From the NCBI GenBank assembly GCA_028534125.1, contig CM052844.1, positions 248,001 through 312,000 of the forward strand: a stretch of DNA of 64,000 nucleotides, written 5' to 3'. Positions 12,591-25,849 of the stretch are shown here, one piece after another. Numbering within the stretch: the stretch's first letter is position 1; every line of letters starts with the position of its first letter. This stretch comes from Lama glama. Lineage: Eukaryota. Made by a program: the position numbers and the translations under genes. The notes under the pieces were generated by a model. That model ran no database searches and was not told where the DNA came from. It saw nothing but the letters and a program-made list of their open reading frames with translations.

Positions 12591-15500
12591 CATCCATGTC
12601 TGTATATGCCTCCTCCTCCCGTCAGCTAGACTCGGGGTTCTAGATGGTGAGATATATTTTGGGCTGCTGAGCATGGAATCCTGCTCGCTGTAAGACTCGG
12701 GAGCGTCTGCTGACCTCAGGCCCGCCTGGCCCTAGAGCCCCGACACGGGTCTGCCGTCCCGGCCCCGATGGGTGACCCAGAGCTGGGGCTTACCCGGCCA
12801 GGCGCCGTGCTGCAGGGCTGGAGGCAAATCCAGACAGCACTGTGGAGGCAAACAGTGGCCCAGGGAGGAGCACTGTCCAAAAACAGGACAGACGAGGTCA
12901 TCGTGAGACACAGAGGACAAGCTCAACCTTCCTGGGAGACAAACAGGACAACAGAAGCTGCAATGTTCTCGGAGACCGGGGTCTCCTGGCACGGGGACAC
13001 GCATGACCAGGAGGACCCCGCCCGACGGCAGTGCACACCCTCTCTCCTACACGTGTTTACCACGACCATGTGGTACCGTCCAACAGAAAAACACTGACTT
13101 TGGAAACATAAAAAGAGATTAAAGCATTGATTCAAGATGTGCTGAGAGAAAGGGCACGGCGGGAGCCCCAGCTCGACTTTCCTGACTTTCCTGATAAACC
13201 ATCCAGCGTCACGTCCGAATCAAAAGCCTTCAGAGCTCCTGCGTTTGGACCAAATGCAAAGTTTTCTGAAGACTTATCCATAAAGATGCATTTATAACAG
13301 TATTTAGAATACTGAAAAATTAGAAATAGCCCACATGGCCAGCAATAGAAGGAAACAGAGAGTCTGACAAATCCATACGCACAAATATTTGATATAACAA
13401 GTGAAGGTGCGGACGCACAGCAACCCAGATGTTTCCGTGGGAGCATGCGTATGCGTGAAGCGGTGTGGCTCTGTAGGTAAATTCGGACCCAGGAGGGAGC
13501 AGTGCTGGTAAAGTTAGAGCCGGCGCCCCCGGAGGTGTAATCACGGGGGCGCACACAGACTTTTCTCCAGCTTATGCTTCTCTTTACTCTGTTTCCAAGT
13601 CTTCGATGATAAAAAGGTACTTCTTTTATAACAAAGGAAAGGCAGTGGCCAGTATTTTTAATTGCTTTTGTTGTGTCTGGAAACGTAACAAGTTACCTTT
13701 CCGCGTGTTCCTCGGGGTGGGCACTGGCTTCTTAAAGTCACGTTCCCTTTGGTGTGAAACGTTCTCTTCATGTGAAAGGGTGTCAGCCCAGAAGGCCCAG
13801 CTCCTGATTCTGCTAGCCCGGCCTCAGGCCCTGGGAGGCCCGCTGTGTGGCTCTCCCTCCTAACCACAGCCTGGCTGGGGTCCAGGCCCCCTCGCCGGAG
13901 ACCAGGGCTGGGGCTCAGGTCTGTCAGCCCCGCAGGCCTGCTGGAGCCCAGGGCTCCCCGCTGTTGACAAGCCCCTCGGAAGCCTCTTACTCAACAAGAC
14001 TTCCCCCCGACTCCCGTAGGTTTCTTCTTAAAACAACTTGTCACGATGGTAGGGGACCAAAATCCACCCTGTTCATCATGAGTGCTGCCCAGCACACCTC
14101 TGCGCTCTCCTGGCTCTAGAATTCCTCTGTTTCTAGTCTGATGGGTAGTAAAGAGCCTGACGATACACGTCTCCCATCTTTCCTTATTTACAAGATGTCT
14201 GTTTTTACTTTTGCTGAAAAAAAAATCAAGGAAATTTGTTCACAGTCAGAAACTGTCATTTTCTTGAAGTAACTGTGAACCAGCTAAATGCTCCAGAAAG
14301 GAGACATGTAAGACAGGGGCCTTATAACATCACAGCATCACAGTCATATGTCACAGAGGCCGAGAAGGAAGACTGTCCCCTTCCTGTGACTAAACAGCTA
14401 ATATGCATAACCAGCATTCATTTTTAATGCATTTTATTTCACTGAAGCATCTCACTCCATTGCACTAATTGCTATGATGTTAAATAAAATATACGGATGT
14501 AGAACTTGTCGTGCACTTTTTCCCATGTTAATCTACACGCCTCCTCGACCTCCAAAAAAGAAAGGACAGGAAGAGAACCCGCCTCCTGGCTGCTTCCAGA
14601 CAGGGGTTTGTTCAGGAAGATGACAGAAGTCCACAGGGCCAGTGGCCGGGCAGCTCAGACGGTGCACACGGTGACTCTGCTCGGAGGGGACGGCGGAGGC
14701 TCCTGGAGCTCCAAACTGACCTGGGATGCGGGAGCCCACCAAGTGCCCACTTAGCAAGGGGCAGGGGCCTGAGCCAGCGCAGCACAGACAGGCCGAGACC
14801 CTCCCACCCCTGCCGCCCGCCCTGGGTGCCGTCGTGCCCTGGGCTCTGTTCTGAGCCCTGCCACTTGGTTTCTCAGCTAAGCTGAATTCAGAGAAGAGAT
14901 CTGGACTCTAGGAACAGTCTGGGCAGGGCCTTCCCATCATTGAACCCGTTTTACGCCACTACCCAGAACACACAGAACTACACCTGTAGCGTGAACACAC
15001 GGAGCTACACCCGTAATGTGTGAAACGCTAATACTTTCTGTTCTATTCCTGCTGCAAAGATGCCAGTCACAGCCCACAAACCCGTGTTTCCACCTTCCCA
15101 GTGATGAGACACCAGGACTTGTGCTGAGACTCCGAACCCCAGGCCCCACCCCCAACTGCCAGACTGAACCCGGATGCAGGCGTCCACTGGTGCTGGGAGG
15201 GCGGGGGGCACAGAGGCCCCCGGAAGCCACACCAGCTGCAGGCAGACCCTCCTGTCCACCCACCCGTCCCCAAGCCCTGCTGGGGCCAGGCGGCCACAGG
15301 TCAGTGAGGACTGAGTCAGGAACACAACAGCACAGACATTCCCACCAGAAAAGGCTAATCCTTTACAAAAATAAATGTGCCTCTCCAAGCTGGAATTCAG
15401 TACAAACCGCTGCGACATTCACCTCAGCCTGAGCGTTCCTGAGGCTCTGCTGGGCCCCATGATTCTGACCTTGATTGTCATGTGCCCAGCACTTCCCACG

Positions 15501-15917
15501 TCTAATCTAAGAATTAAGCCCCATCGTTCAAATATCTGAGAAGGTTAAAAATATCTGGGAAGGTCATTAAATTCTGGGAACTGCAGCCCAGCGCTCTGGC
15601 CGCCGCGGGAGCTGGTCTGCTTGTCCGAGGGAGGCCGAGCAGCACCAAGGGTGTGGACAGAGCAGGTGTGGCCAGGGGGGCAGGTGCTCCCTGGGAGCAA
15701 CTGCTATATCAAGAGAGGCCCATCCAGGGCTGGGGGGGAGGGCGGGGGGGCGGTGCCGAGGGGACCGTCTGCCCTTGGCTGTGGGTAGTTCCCTGTCTTA
15801 GCTTCACTAATTTAAAAAGCAACATGAAGATTTTCTACACTGTTTATATTTGACATTTCAATTCATCTTTTTCTGAAGACACAACCAAACTAGAATACTG
15901 GGTGCTTCACTGTGAGC

Positions 15918-16018
15918 GAATGTACTACTGACTCTCTTTCACAAGTTTCTCCTCTGGAAGTCAGAGAGAATGTACTACTGACTCTCTTTCACAAGTTTCT
16001 CCTCTGGAAGTCAGAGAG
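15918..16018 (+). repeat. Perfect 50-bp tandem duplication
   Basis: GAATGTACTACTGACTCTCTTTCACAAGTTTCTCCTCTGGAAGTCAGAGA at 15918 and 15968. Confidence 0.97.
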
Positions 16019-18919
16019 CAGACGTGGTTCAGCCTAGCTTCTCATCTGACAGGGGAGGCATCAGAAAATGTGAAGTATCAGCAGCCAAGATACTTGCCCA
16101 TGTGCCTCTGCCCTCGGTCATGGCCGAGGCTCCGAGCAGGGTCCCACTTCTCCCTCTCTCTCTCTCTCTCGCTCTGCTCTGGCCAAGAACTGCTGGAGCT
16201 CTCAGGAGAGTTGCTGGACAGTGAAAGGGACACAGCTTCTGCAGCACCCAAGTGGACCCCTGTAACCTAAAGGGCACAGTAATCACCACTGAGGCTGGGG
16301 ACAGGGGGCTGAGAGCCTGCACCCCCGACCATCCCTGGAGGTGATGCTGCAGGTTCCAGGCCGTCCTGGGTGCCGTCCGGAGGAGGGCCAGGGTGTGAGC
16401 CGCTGTCACTACCAGTGACAACCTCTTCAGTCCAACCAGCAGTCAACTCTTAGGTGTTGGGGGGTGCCGTAGATCAGCCCTAAACTGTCCCTCTTCCTCA
16501 TGAAGCTGTCCATCAGGACAAAGGCACCCGGATACTCAGACACACGCGGCTGTCCTTCTCGGGCCCCGGACCTGTCTCACCAGCAGAGCTCACTGACCTC
16601 CTTTCTCAGGTCCCCCAGTGCCCCTCTCCTGGCTGGTCTGACCCTGGCACCCACAAGGTCTGGCCTGCTCCACCTGCTACCCTCCACTCCCACCCCCCAC
16701 ATCCGTGCTTGCTGCAGAAGCGGTGCAGGCCCCCCTCCCACTCCAAATGCCCCTGCACCCGCCCTGCCCTCCTGGTACCTGGGCAGGAGGAGGGGCTGCC
16801 CAGCCTCCCAGGACGCAGACCCCACCTGTTTTTGCCAGGACAAACCCCGACATTTGATCATTTCCTACCAAACTGTGTGTTCCACATGACCTGTTAATCA
16901 CGGCGCATACACCTGTAATTATGATAATGCAGCTCCCAGCCATACCCTGGGTAGAAACTCTTAATTCAACTCAAACAATGAATCAACCAGCACATATTTT
17001 CTGGGCATCTGGCATGTTCAGGCCTCGGTGCCAGCCAAGCACTGGCTTCCCTCCTTTTCTTCCCAAGCCTACAAAAACACCCAATTTTTCCCTTAAATTA
17101 TGGAAATCTCAAGGCATAAAAAAACTTTTGCGAAGTGGAATACACAAATTGTAAGAGGAAAGGGATCAGAACACTTTGGCACCAGCCTCGGAAGGAACCA
17201 GAGTTGTTCTCACAACCTGTCTTCAGTGAAGGTGCAGCCCCTAGTCTCTGTTGGCAGTGCTGTGCAATCAGGCCCAGTGTGTGTGTGGCTGGTAAGCAGC
17301 AGGGACCCGGGCAAGAGGGTTCAACCCCCAGATGTGGCACGATGCTCCCCCAGTTCAGCTTAAGAGAACCCAGAGCGATCCACCCGTTGACTGGGCATCT
17401 TAGCTGGAGTGAAGCCTTCAGAGGCCGGCTGTATACACCACCCAATCCTCAAGACTGGGAAGGGGTGAGGGTCTGGTGAACCCCGTCTGGGTTTGTGGGA
17501 TCCACCCCGCACTTCTTAGCAGAGATGGAGTCTGTGCTTACATCGCTTGTAGACAGGAAGACCTCGGGTTCACCTGACTGACCCGCCCCTGCCCCCCAGC
17601 ACAGCTGCCCCTGAGCAGGGCTGAGGGGTGAACCAGCCCGACACTGCTGCCTCCTCAGAATCACTGCCACATTCACCAACAGTCAGAACCCCTTTACAAC
17701 AGCCACTTGCTCCAAACCTTGGCCTGGAGCACACACCTCAGTAAACCAGCTGTCTCTGCAGCTGCGGGAGGGGGAGGAGACAGGGAGGCACAGGCAGACG
17801 GGAGCCCAAACCAAGCTCTGGGTGTGCTTTTTCACAAGGTGACAAGGGTGACAAAGGAAGTTCCAGCCCTCTACCAGAGCCTGGCTGGAAGAGTAAGAAA
17901 CCAGAAACCGGAAAGGAACCTCCCAGAAAGAGGCAGGCTGGGAGGGGGGTCTACCACGCACCCTGGCGTGCGAACACCACAGTGTCCCCGCGGACTCGCA
18001 GGTTTGGGGAAGCATTAGGGAGACCCCAGCTCGTCCTGCCAAAGCCCCGGACTCCTCGGTGCCGTACCCCCTCATTCCTGCGGCCACTGTTCGGACCCCG
18101 GGCTTCTCTCTCTGCCCTCAGCCCGAGCGCCCGTTCTGGGCTCGGTGGGCGAATTTGGGAGCCCCCTGGGCTCAGCTAGGGCCTGGAGGGTGCAGGGCGG
18201 GCTTGGGCTCCGAGTTTGCAGAATTCCCGGCTGCCGGAGTGGGGCTTCCTCTCCCCTGTTCAGGTCTGCGCCCCGGCCAGAGAAGGACAAGCTGGGAGGG
18301 CGTTCGTGCGTGGAGGGGGGCGGCGCGGGGGGCTGCGGGTTCGCGCAGCCGTGTGTGTGCGGGGGCGACAGGCAGGGGCGAGGAAAGGGCACCCACGGGC
18401 TGCGGGCTCGCCCACGTCCCGCCCCCCCTTGGAGGGACCGGGTGCTCCACCAACCAAGCCAGAGCGGGCGCCGGGGAGATCCCCGGCCACCCTGCTCGGG
18501 TGCCCCCACCCTAATCTCCCACCCAGGTCACCCCCCTGGGTCTCGGACGCCGCTTTGCCCACCTGTCCTTCTTCTCACCTGTGCTCCGGCAGATCAGACG
18601 CGGGCAGACGGGGCGGAAGCGGGAACCAGGCTCCGGCCGCAGCCGCCCTGACCTCCATGAAAGCGCACGAAGCGGCGGGAACCCGCGCGCCCGTCCGGCG
18701 GGGCGCCCGTGCGCTGAGGACTCCGAGCCTTGCGGGGGACTGGGGGCGGCGCCCAGCTCAGCCCTGCCCCGGCTCCAGGGGCGGAGGGGGGAGGGGCGCT
18801 TCAAACGTCCCTCCCGGAATTTTCTTTGCCCCCAGCCCTTCGCGCAACCCAGTGGAGACTGCGTGCGCCGCATTATCGCCGCTTCGGGACAGGTGCCTGC
18901 TCCCCTTGGCCCTGCTGCC

Positions 18920-19260
18920 GCCCCTGAGGCTCGAGTGTAGACCCCCACGCCCTTCCCGCCCGTCTCCTCCATCGGGACCTTACAATGTAGACTCCCTGCC
19001 CTCTGTCCCCACTTCGGCCCCGAAAGACTCCAGCGTAGACGTCTTTCCCGCCTCACCCCTTGTCGCCTCTCTGGCCTCAGGACCCTCGGGTGTAGATTCT
19101 ACTGCGTCCTCTGTCCCTGCTCCTGCCCGGAACTCTCCGTGTAGACCCCGCGCCCGTCGCGCCCCGCTCCTGCATCGGGATCCTCCAGTATAGAACCCCG
19201 CGCCCCCGGTGCCCACTCCAGCCCCGGGACCCTCCCGTATAAACCCCCGGCCCCATCGTG
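18920..19260 (+). repeat. Decayed ~49-bp tandem array, 7 copies
   Basis: Core GGGACCCTCC.GT(G/A)TAGACCCC recurs with (G/A)TA(G/A)A at 18937, 18987, 19035, 19092, 19141, 19190, 19239. Confidence 0.8.
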
Positions 19261-19273
19261 CGCCCAACTTTAC

Positions 19274-19640
19274 CTCGGGGCTGGACTCCGCGGGCTGCCG
19301 CTCCGCTCGCCCTGCTGGCGTCCTCCTCGGGGCGGAGCGCGGCGTCTCCGGGGCCCGAAGCCCGCGGAGTCCGGCACCGCCCCGCGCGCCGCCCCCGGCC
19401 CGCCCGGCCCTGGGGATCCGCCAGGCTGCGGTAGCGCGGCGCCCCCTCGCGCCGGCCGCGGGTCCCCAGGACGAGCGGACCCCTGGGCGCGGCTGCCCGG
19501 CTGGGAGCCGGAGCCCAGGGCCATGTCCACTCGGAGCGGACTCTCGGGGGCGCACGAGTCGCGGGCCCCGCTCTGCGCACCGCGCCCACCGATGCGACAG
19601 GCACACGCGCTCACACTCGCGCTCACACACACACACAGTG
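19274..19640 (-). other. KCNG2: Probable first exon of KCNG2 (5' end approximate)
   Basis: Donor CCCCGAG|gtaaagt at 19274/19273 inside the island, facing away from CTDP1. Gene identity is inferred from synteny only; no channel coding sequence is in the window. Confidence 0.55.
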
Positions 19641-21059
19641 GCGCCCCCTCCTATCCCCATTACCACACTGCAAAGCAGCCCTGGGGTAGAGGGGCAGACG
19701 AGGGGCTCTCCACTTGGGCGCGGTCCCGAGCCCTGAGGAAGGCCAGCTGGGGGGTCTGGAGACGCTCGGCTGGCCACCAGGAGAGCCTGCTCTTGGGGGC
19801 CAGCGTTGCCAGAGGCATGTGTGATGCATCGGATTACTGACATCCCTCATTTGCATTTACAAGGAGATGTTCCTCTCCAGCCTGAACACCGAGACCTTGG
19901 AGAGAAGGTGCTTTCCTCCACAGAAACACTCATTGAGTGTCAGAGCTAGAGAGGCCTGGCCACCTATCCCTGAAAGGCCGCCTCTCCCACTGGAAGTGAT
20001 GGCTTGGGGGTGGGAGGCTGTCTGCGTTTTGGACAGCTCCATCTGTCAGCAGAGGAGCCGAGCAGGCGGAGCAGAATATGGTGTGGGGGGGGGGACTTGC
20101 CCAGGAGAATGGATATTTGTAGCTGCCGAGGCAGTAATGTTATTTCTAAATAACATTAAATTCATCGCTGGTTGACACATTTGAATTTTTGTGTAGCTTC
20201 TGTTTTACAAAATGAGCAAACGTTTATGAAATGTTTGGGAGGCGTAGTACCTGCTCATTGTGGGAAACCAGTAAACCCGTGAAAAATGCACAGGGGAGAG
20301 TCAGAAATCCCTGTAGCTGCACCTCCACCATTCAGACTTTGTCACTGTTACTATCCAGGACCTATTTTGGTACCAAAACATTTTGACCCTTTTAAATGCA
20401 GATATGTATTTTTGTGAGTTTATACACAAAAATAGCATCATAATTTTTACTGGATTTTCACTGGATTTAACAGGGAATGAACATTCTCAGAGCTCTCCAG
20501 GCGCCAACATCTTTCTAAATGATCACACAGAACTCCATCTGTGGTCAGTACCAAACTTAAGCTGAAACTCTATTATTTGACACCCAAGTTTTCTCCAGTT
20601 TTTCAGTATTATAAAATACTGCTACCAAAACAGCCTTGTAGGTGTAGCTTAACCCACTTTCTTGACTATAGTAACATATTGGCAAATACTGACTGGTATG
20701 TTATTAGTGGAAAACCCTTGTGGTGAATGTAGCTGAAACTTTATTTCTTTGAAGGAATGGGAAGTTTGCCCATGCATTTACTTGCTTCTCTGTCTTTGCA
20801 GACAGTGAACCCTTGTGCAGGGTTGTTTTTACTTTTGCTTCTTTGTCCTCAGTGTGGACAAGACCCGGCACCGAGGACGAGTGCTGTCAGTGCTCGCTGT
20901 GAACGTGTAAGTGAGGAAGGAATTGGATACTGTTGCAAATATAGATGTCTAATTACTTTCTTTGCTAATATTTTCCAAATGAGTAGTTTTCTTCTAGGTA
21001 TTTATAATTTTCATGAATTTTCATTTCTTGGCTCCTCTTCAAAATAAGGTGATACATTT

Positions 21060-21850
21060 CCCCCCTTTTTGGGGAATGGGCTTCCTTGAGAAAGAATTCA
21101 GATACTGTGCGATCCATCCCTCTAATGGCTGTGACCTGGTGGGTTTTAGAATGTTCACAGAGTCATCCAACCATCACAGCTAGTGGTAGAGCATTTTCAC
21201 CTCCCCACAAAGACCCCCGGCCCCTGGTGGCATGAACTCGCTGTCTGTCGATCTGTCCATCTGCCCATCTGCCTGCCTGCCCCTTCTGGGTTCACAGGTG
21301 CTCAGAGCTCTGTTCTGCAGACGTCGCCTCTGCTGCTGGAGTCTGACGGCCTTTCAGACGCTTGCGTTCTTTCATCTGCCTGTTCTTGGCTTTCCTTTTC
21401 TTTCTCGTCTTCTTCTTGGAAGAAGGGGTCTGTTTCAAGGTCTGCCACCCTCCGTCTCTGCAGGCCAGCCCCTCTCCTTGCTGGTGGTTCCTCCTGCCAG
21501 AGCCACCGCAGGCGTTTCCCTGGTTCACTCAGCTGCTACTGGAAAACCATCGTCTTCCCGCGTTTCTCTCCTCTGGCTTTTCTGTCTGGAGTGTTTGCAG
21601 CATTTTACGTGTCCGGTCACCTCACAGTTCCGGCGACTGCTGAGTGATCTGTTTCTCTCCCAGAGGCTGCTCTGTCCCTCCCGCTTTGATAGATCAAACC
21701 TCTCCCATCACAGGAGCGGTGGCTCCTTTGAGCTTTCTCAGAGCTCCTCCTTTGGTCGTCACTTTTCATCCTCTGCCCTAACTTCCCGAGCTCTGCGTGT
21801 CTCTGGTCCCCCATTTCCTTATCTTAATTTGGCATCCTTGAGCTCTGCGT
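21060..21850 (-). mobile_element. Old LINE-1 fragments (L1MB-like 3' end, then a more degraded piece)
   Basis: ttttagaatgttcacagagtcatccaaccatcac...tagagcattttcacctccccacaaagacccc resembles an antisense L1MB 3' end. Confidence 0.6.
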
Positions 21851-22041
21851 AGGGACGCAAGCTGCTGGAATGTAGCTAAAACAAACTCAGTGTGTTTGCC
21901 TCGGGAAGTCATCCCGACGGCCCTGGTCCTTCGCCGGGAGCCTTTGCGGTTCAAGGACTGGGCGACGTTTCACTCTGGAGACAGACATGCCCCTGAAACG
22001 GGTGCAGCTGTGACTCTGTGAATCTGGTCAAACAAGAATCT

Positions 22042-22134
22042 TTAAGGCGAGCTCTGACGAAAGGTACCGTGGGAGGTAAGCAACCAGCGTCTCTTAGCTG
22101 TCCTCAAACAGCATCCGAGGCGTGAGGGCACTTC
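22042..22134 (-). pseudogene. Possible terminal pseudo-exon
   Basis: cag|EVPSRLGCCLRTAKRRWLLTSHGTFRQSSP*; phase 0 fits but the polypyrimidine tract is poor. Confidence 0.3.
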
Positions 22135-22253
22135 CTGCGCCCTGGTCCTTCTCTCGTCCCGATGAGCAGATGCTCATGGTGGAGGCCGGTGAGCCTGGCG
22201 GGGCTGCTGCGTGTCTGTGAACCTCAGAACCTGTGCCTTAGTGAGCAACTCAC

Positions 22254-22492
22254 GTGACGCTTTTCAGTGTTGCTCTTCTTGTTACGAAATGATCCAATAA
22301 GCACCGCAGCCCTTCTGCAGGAGCGGCTCGTCATTTAATTTAGATCTTCAGTGGAATGAATGCAGGAGTCTTTTGCTACCTCGATCAACTTTGTGCTTAT
22401 GAATTCAACATTCAGCTTCCCTTGTGTCGTGCTTCTCCGAAGCAGCCTCAAAGCTGATGCAGTACATTTTAAATTATTTGAATTGCTTAATC
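22254..22492 (-). pseudogene. Pseudo-exon (239 nt, 1 stop)
   Basis: ctctacag|ga LSNSNNLKCTASALRLLRRSTTQGKLNVEFISTKLIEVAKD...EDLN*MTS...EKRH|gtgagt. Confidence 0.6.
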
Positions 22493-24159
22493 CTGTAGAG
22501 CATACTGAGTAAGGTTTTGGGTGATGGCTTTTTTCCTGAATTATTTGGCTTTGTGACAGCTGGAAGAGAAGTACTTCTCTTGTCTTTGTGAACAGAGTGG
22601 AGCCTTGGCCACTCAAGCGTCGTGGGAGAGACCACTCACCCTCACCCAGTTCAGTAAGAACTTGCTCACACCTGTTTGCACTGGGCGTGCTGGGCACTGC
22701 AGCCAAAAGGTGCTTTGAACTCAGCTGGAAACCCCCTGTTGCGCAGCGGTGGATCTCAGACGGCAAGGCCCCAGATAGAAGAGCCAGGACACCGCCGTGT
22801 GGGGCTTATCTGTCTCGGCTCAGCCTTTAAATGAGCCTTAAATTCTTCCTCCCCAAACACGAACCCCGCCACCATCTTCAGTCTGCAGAAAGTGGTGGCT
22901 CAGATCACAGAGGCCAGGACAGTAGTGAGAAAAAGAGAGACACACGGAGAAAGCTGCAGTCTACCCTTCACAGCACACACACACAAACCAGAAAGAACGA
23001 GGAACCGTTCTGGATGAGTAAGTGACAGACAACAGGTGTTTCCTAGCCTGTATGGGAGGTGGCCGCCTTCCTCGAAAAACAATGAATGAGTCAGAGCCAT
23101 TGCACGCAAAGACCAAGATTTTCCTGCGAGAAATGATAGGAGCAGTGTAGGAGACACACGGGAGAGAGTTATGGAATGGATAAGACAAAAATAAACCAGA
23201 CACCAGAGCAGTGGCGTCCCCGCTGCCCTTGACCTCGCCTCCCTCCGTCCCTCAGAGGGAGGTTGACTGTCACCGTCAGGTGCGCGGAGCAGAGCCGCAT
23301 CCCCCTCCTCGCCCCCCCAGGCTCCCTCTCAGCGGCCCCGCAGCCTTCCTTGCCAGGATGGCCGTTAGCACCTCCAGCTAGAAACAAGCGAATGGATGCT
23401 GAAGTCCAGCCTCCTTCAGGGTTCTGAGCCTGGCCGACTGCAGACGCTGCTCTCGGTGCTTGTTTCGTCTGAGCCGATGTCCCCAGGTGCCCAGGTGGAG
23501 GCTCTGCGAGGTCAGATGTCCTCCGTCCTGCTGGTATCCTGGCCACAGAACCCCGTCCGGGGGGCCAGGGCCCCTGCCCGCGACGCTCACTCCCTCCGTC
23601 CCACGACTGACTGCAGTGCGTCCTGTTCCTCCTGTCCTTGCCTCCCTCGATAAGCAGCACGACCATCGCTTGTGAGGAGGTGCAGCGCCTCAGGCAGAGG
23701 TGCCTTTTGTTGGACTTTCTCCCTGGATACACCCTCAGCCTCACACCCTTGTTAACTGCTCCCCTGTGCAGACCCATCCTCGAGCCGCCCGGGGCCTGCC
23801 GTCTCATCACCATCCTGGCAACGTGGCTCCAGGGCGTCCGCAAAGGCCCGGCAGGGATGCCAGCTGCACGCTTCCACGTTGGCTTTGGGGTCGTTTTTCT
23901 CTGCTGAGGAATAACGAGGCCTGATGCTAATTACAAGGAGTTCCCGCAGTGCTGACAACACTTCAGTCTGGGGCCATCCTGCTCGCATTGGCCGCAGAGA
24001 GAACAGAGCCCCTGGTGGAGATGGGACAGGGAGAGCTGCTTCTGGTATACAAAACACACCAAGTGATCCAGGATTTTCCGTGCTTCCTATGGGACCAGGA
24101 GGGGTCTGGTCACACCCTCCTTAGAATGTCAAGGGCAAGATGGAGCTCTGGGTAGACGG

Positions 24160-24315
24160 CACGTGTGAGGTGTGTGCGAGCCTGCGTGTGCATGCGTGTG
24201 TGTGCATGTGTCTGTGTTCACCTTGTGTGCATGTGTGAGGTGTGTGCAAGCATGTGTGTGCACGTGTGAGGCGTGTGCATGCATGCATGCATGTGCGTGT
24301 GTGTGCACGTGCACC
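24160..24315 (+). repeat. (TG/CA)-rich simple repeat
   Basis: gtgtgcatgcgtgtgtgtgcatg... Confidence 0.9.
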
Positions 24316-24767
24316 TTGCCATGGTGGGTGCTAGGTTGCACATGTCCGGAGAACACAGACGGTGCTTCCCAGGGCGGGTGTTGGGTTCCTTCCATCGTGG
24401 GTCTTAGCAGCTCTCTCCCTCCCTCCTCAGCATCTCCTCGCCCCATGCCTGCCCAGGAATTCAGAGATTCAGAGACGCTGAGCCCAGGGTCAGGGGTGGG
24501 CCTCTGGCACCATCACCCCGAAGACCTCGGGTCTCGGCGTGGCTGAGATGGGAGGGGCCCTATAGAAGGGTGCCCCAGGGGGACCCCGTCGGAAGCAGAG
24601 AAGGGCCAGACGGCTGGATGGGGGGCCCCCCCTCCTCTGGGGAGGGGGCTCCACTGTTGTGGGGGTGGGCCAGGTGGGGAGGTCTTTGGCCCCACGTTTA
24701 ACAGGAGAGGACGCCCCCACACAGGAGTGCCACAAACTGTGCTCTGGACCCAGGCCCCGTCGTTTAC

Positions 24768-25042
24768 CCCAGTTGTAGCAGTTTTCTGGATAAAAAGGTT
24801 AGTTTTACATTTTGCTGGCCAATGGGCCATATTTCTTGTGCAAATACAACTAAATCAAAAAATGTTTGAACCAGGTGCAGGGGAAGTGATTGACTAAACC
24901 ATCTTCTTCCATTTTGGAACTGACTGGCTGGAGGGCTGTCCATGGGGAAATGCGGTGGATGGAAAATCATGAGTCCTTCTCTTCCCTGCAGCAGCTTTGA
25001 GAGTCCCTGAGCAGGTCCAGGTGTGGTGTTTGGTGGCAGCAA
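24768..25042 (-). pseudogene. Pseudo-exon (5' end approximate)
   Basis: Open frame LSKLLQGREGLMIFHPPHFPMDSPPASQFQNGRRWFSQSLPLHLVQTFFDLVVFAQEIW...LLQL gg|gtaaac. Confidence 0.5.
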
Positions 25043-25849
25043 TGGGACAGGTGGAGGTTAAAAGACATGGTGAAATGGCGTTGAACAGCCGGGGGTGGAG
25101 GGTAGAGGTGGCGTGCCCGGTGAGCCCGGGACGGCTCCTTTACTGGACAAAAGGGGCTTCACTACAAATGCCACAGGAGAGACCTCGGGGCCAGCAGGTG
25201 AGGTCTGCACCAGTGTCGGGCCCATGGGGACCTTCTGGGGGAAGAGCAGGGGGCGTGAAGGCTGCTTGGGCTGTGGCTGTAGAGCCGCGGTGGGGGCCGG
25301 CCCTTGGGGAGATTCATTCTGTCCTCCCTCGGTAGACAAGGGCATCACCCGGAGGGTGACGTGGCAGCATCGGGTCGTCTGGGGAGCGAGTTTCCTGGCA
25401 TCGGTTTGGTGGACTCTCCGGCCACGCGCGCCTCCTGCTGAGCCAGGCTCCCTGACGTGGCCCTGAAGCTGGTGCTCCACTCACGGCTCCTGTGAGAGTT
25501 GAGGTGGGGGCTCCTCACCCCTCTGCTTCCCACTGAAGACCAGTAAAACGGCACTCTGTTTGTCAGAAGGGCTGCATCATCCACACCTCAGACAAACAGA
25601 TTTTTAGTGTGAATTTCTAGACGTAGCGGGTCCCAACCCTCATGTCCCATGACTGGCCTGACTGCAGCCTCGAGTCGCAGCTGGTCTGGGGGAGAGAGAG
25701 ACCTGCCAGCAGGAGGCTCGTCCCTGTCCTGGGTCCTCTCTGCAGGTGCGGGAGGGACGGAGAGCGCGGCTCAGCCCTGCTCTGCCCTGCCCTGCGGGGA
25801 CTGTAATGGGGGCCCGTGCAGCCTTGCGCTGGTCCCCCACTGGGGCTGC

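Larger units (their letters stand above)
18040..19740. promoter_or_regulatory. CpG island / promoter, probably of KCNG2 (minus strand)
   Basis: Very high GC and CpG density, GC boxes (GGGGCGG), (GC/AC)n tract at about 19600-19637; CTDP1-KCNG2 same-strand synteny is established knowledge. Confidence 0.8.

Noticed and set aside
1-18000. KCNG2 coding exons (T1 domain, GYGD pore motif)
   Set aside because: Not found in any listed frame; they would lie beyond the left edge.
18920-19260. CRISPR-like repeat-spacer appearance
   Set aside because: Mammalian DNA, degenerate repeats, linkers related to one another, no cas genes; better explained as a decayed minisatellite.
18059-19843. Many long overlapping ORFs (up to 325 aa) on both strands
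   Set aside because: CpG-island composition lacks stop codons; Pro/Gly/Arg/Ala-rich translations with no recognisable domain.
22021-22082. + strand donor-like GGGAG|gtaagc
   Set aside because: Isolated site, no matching acceptor or partner exons on the + strand.
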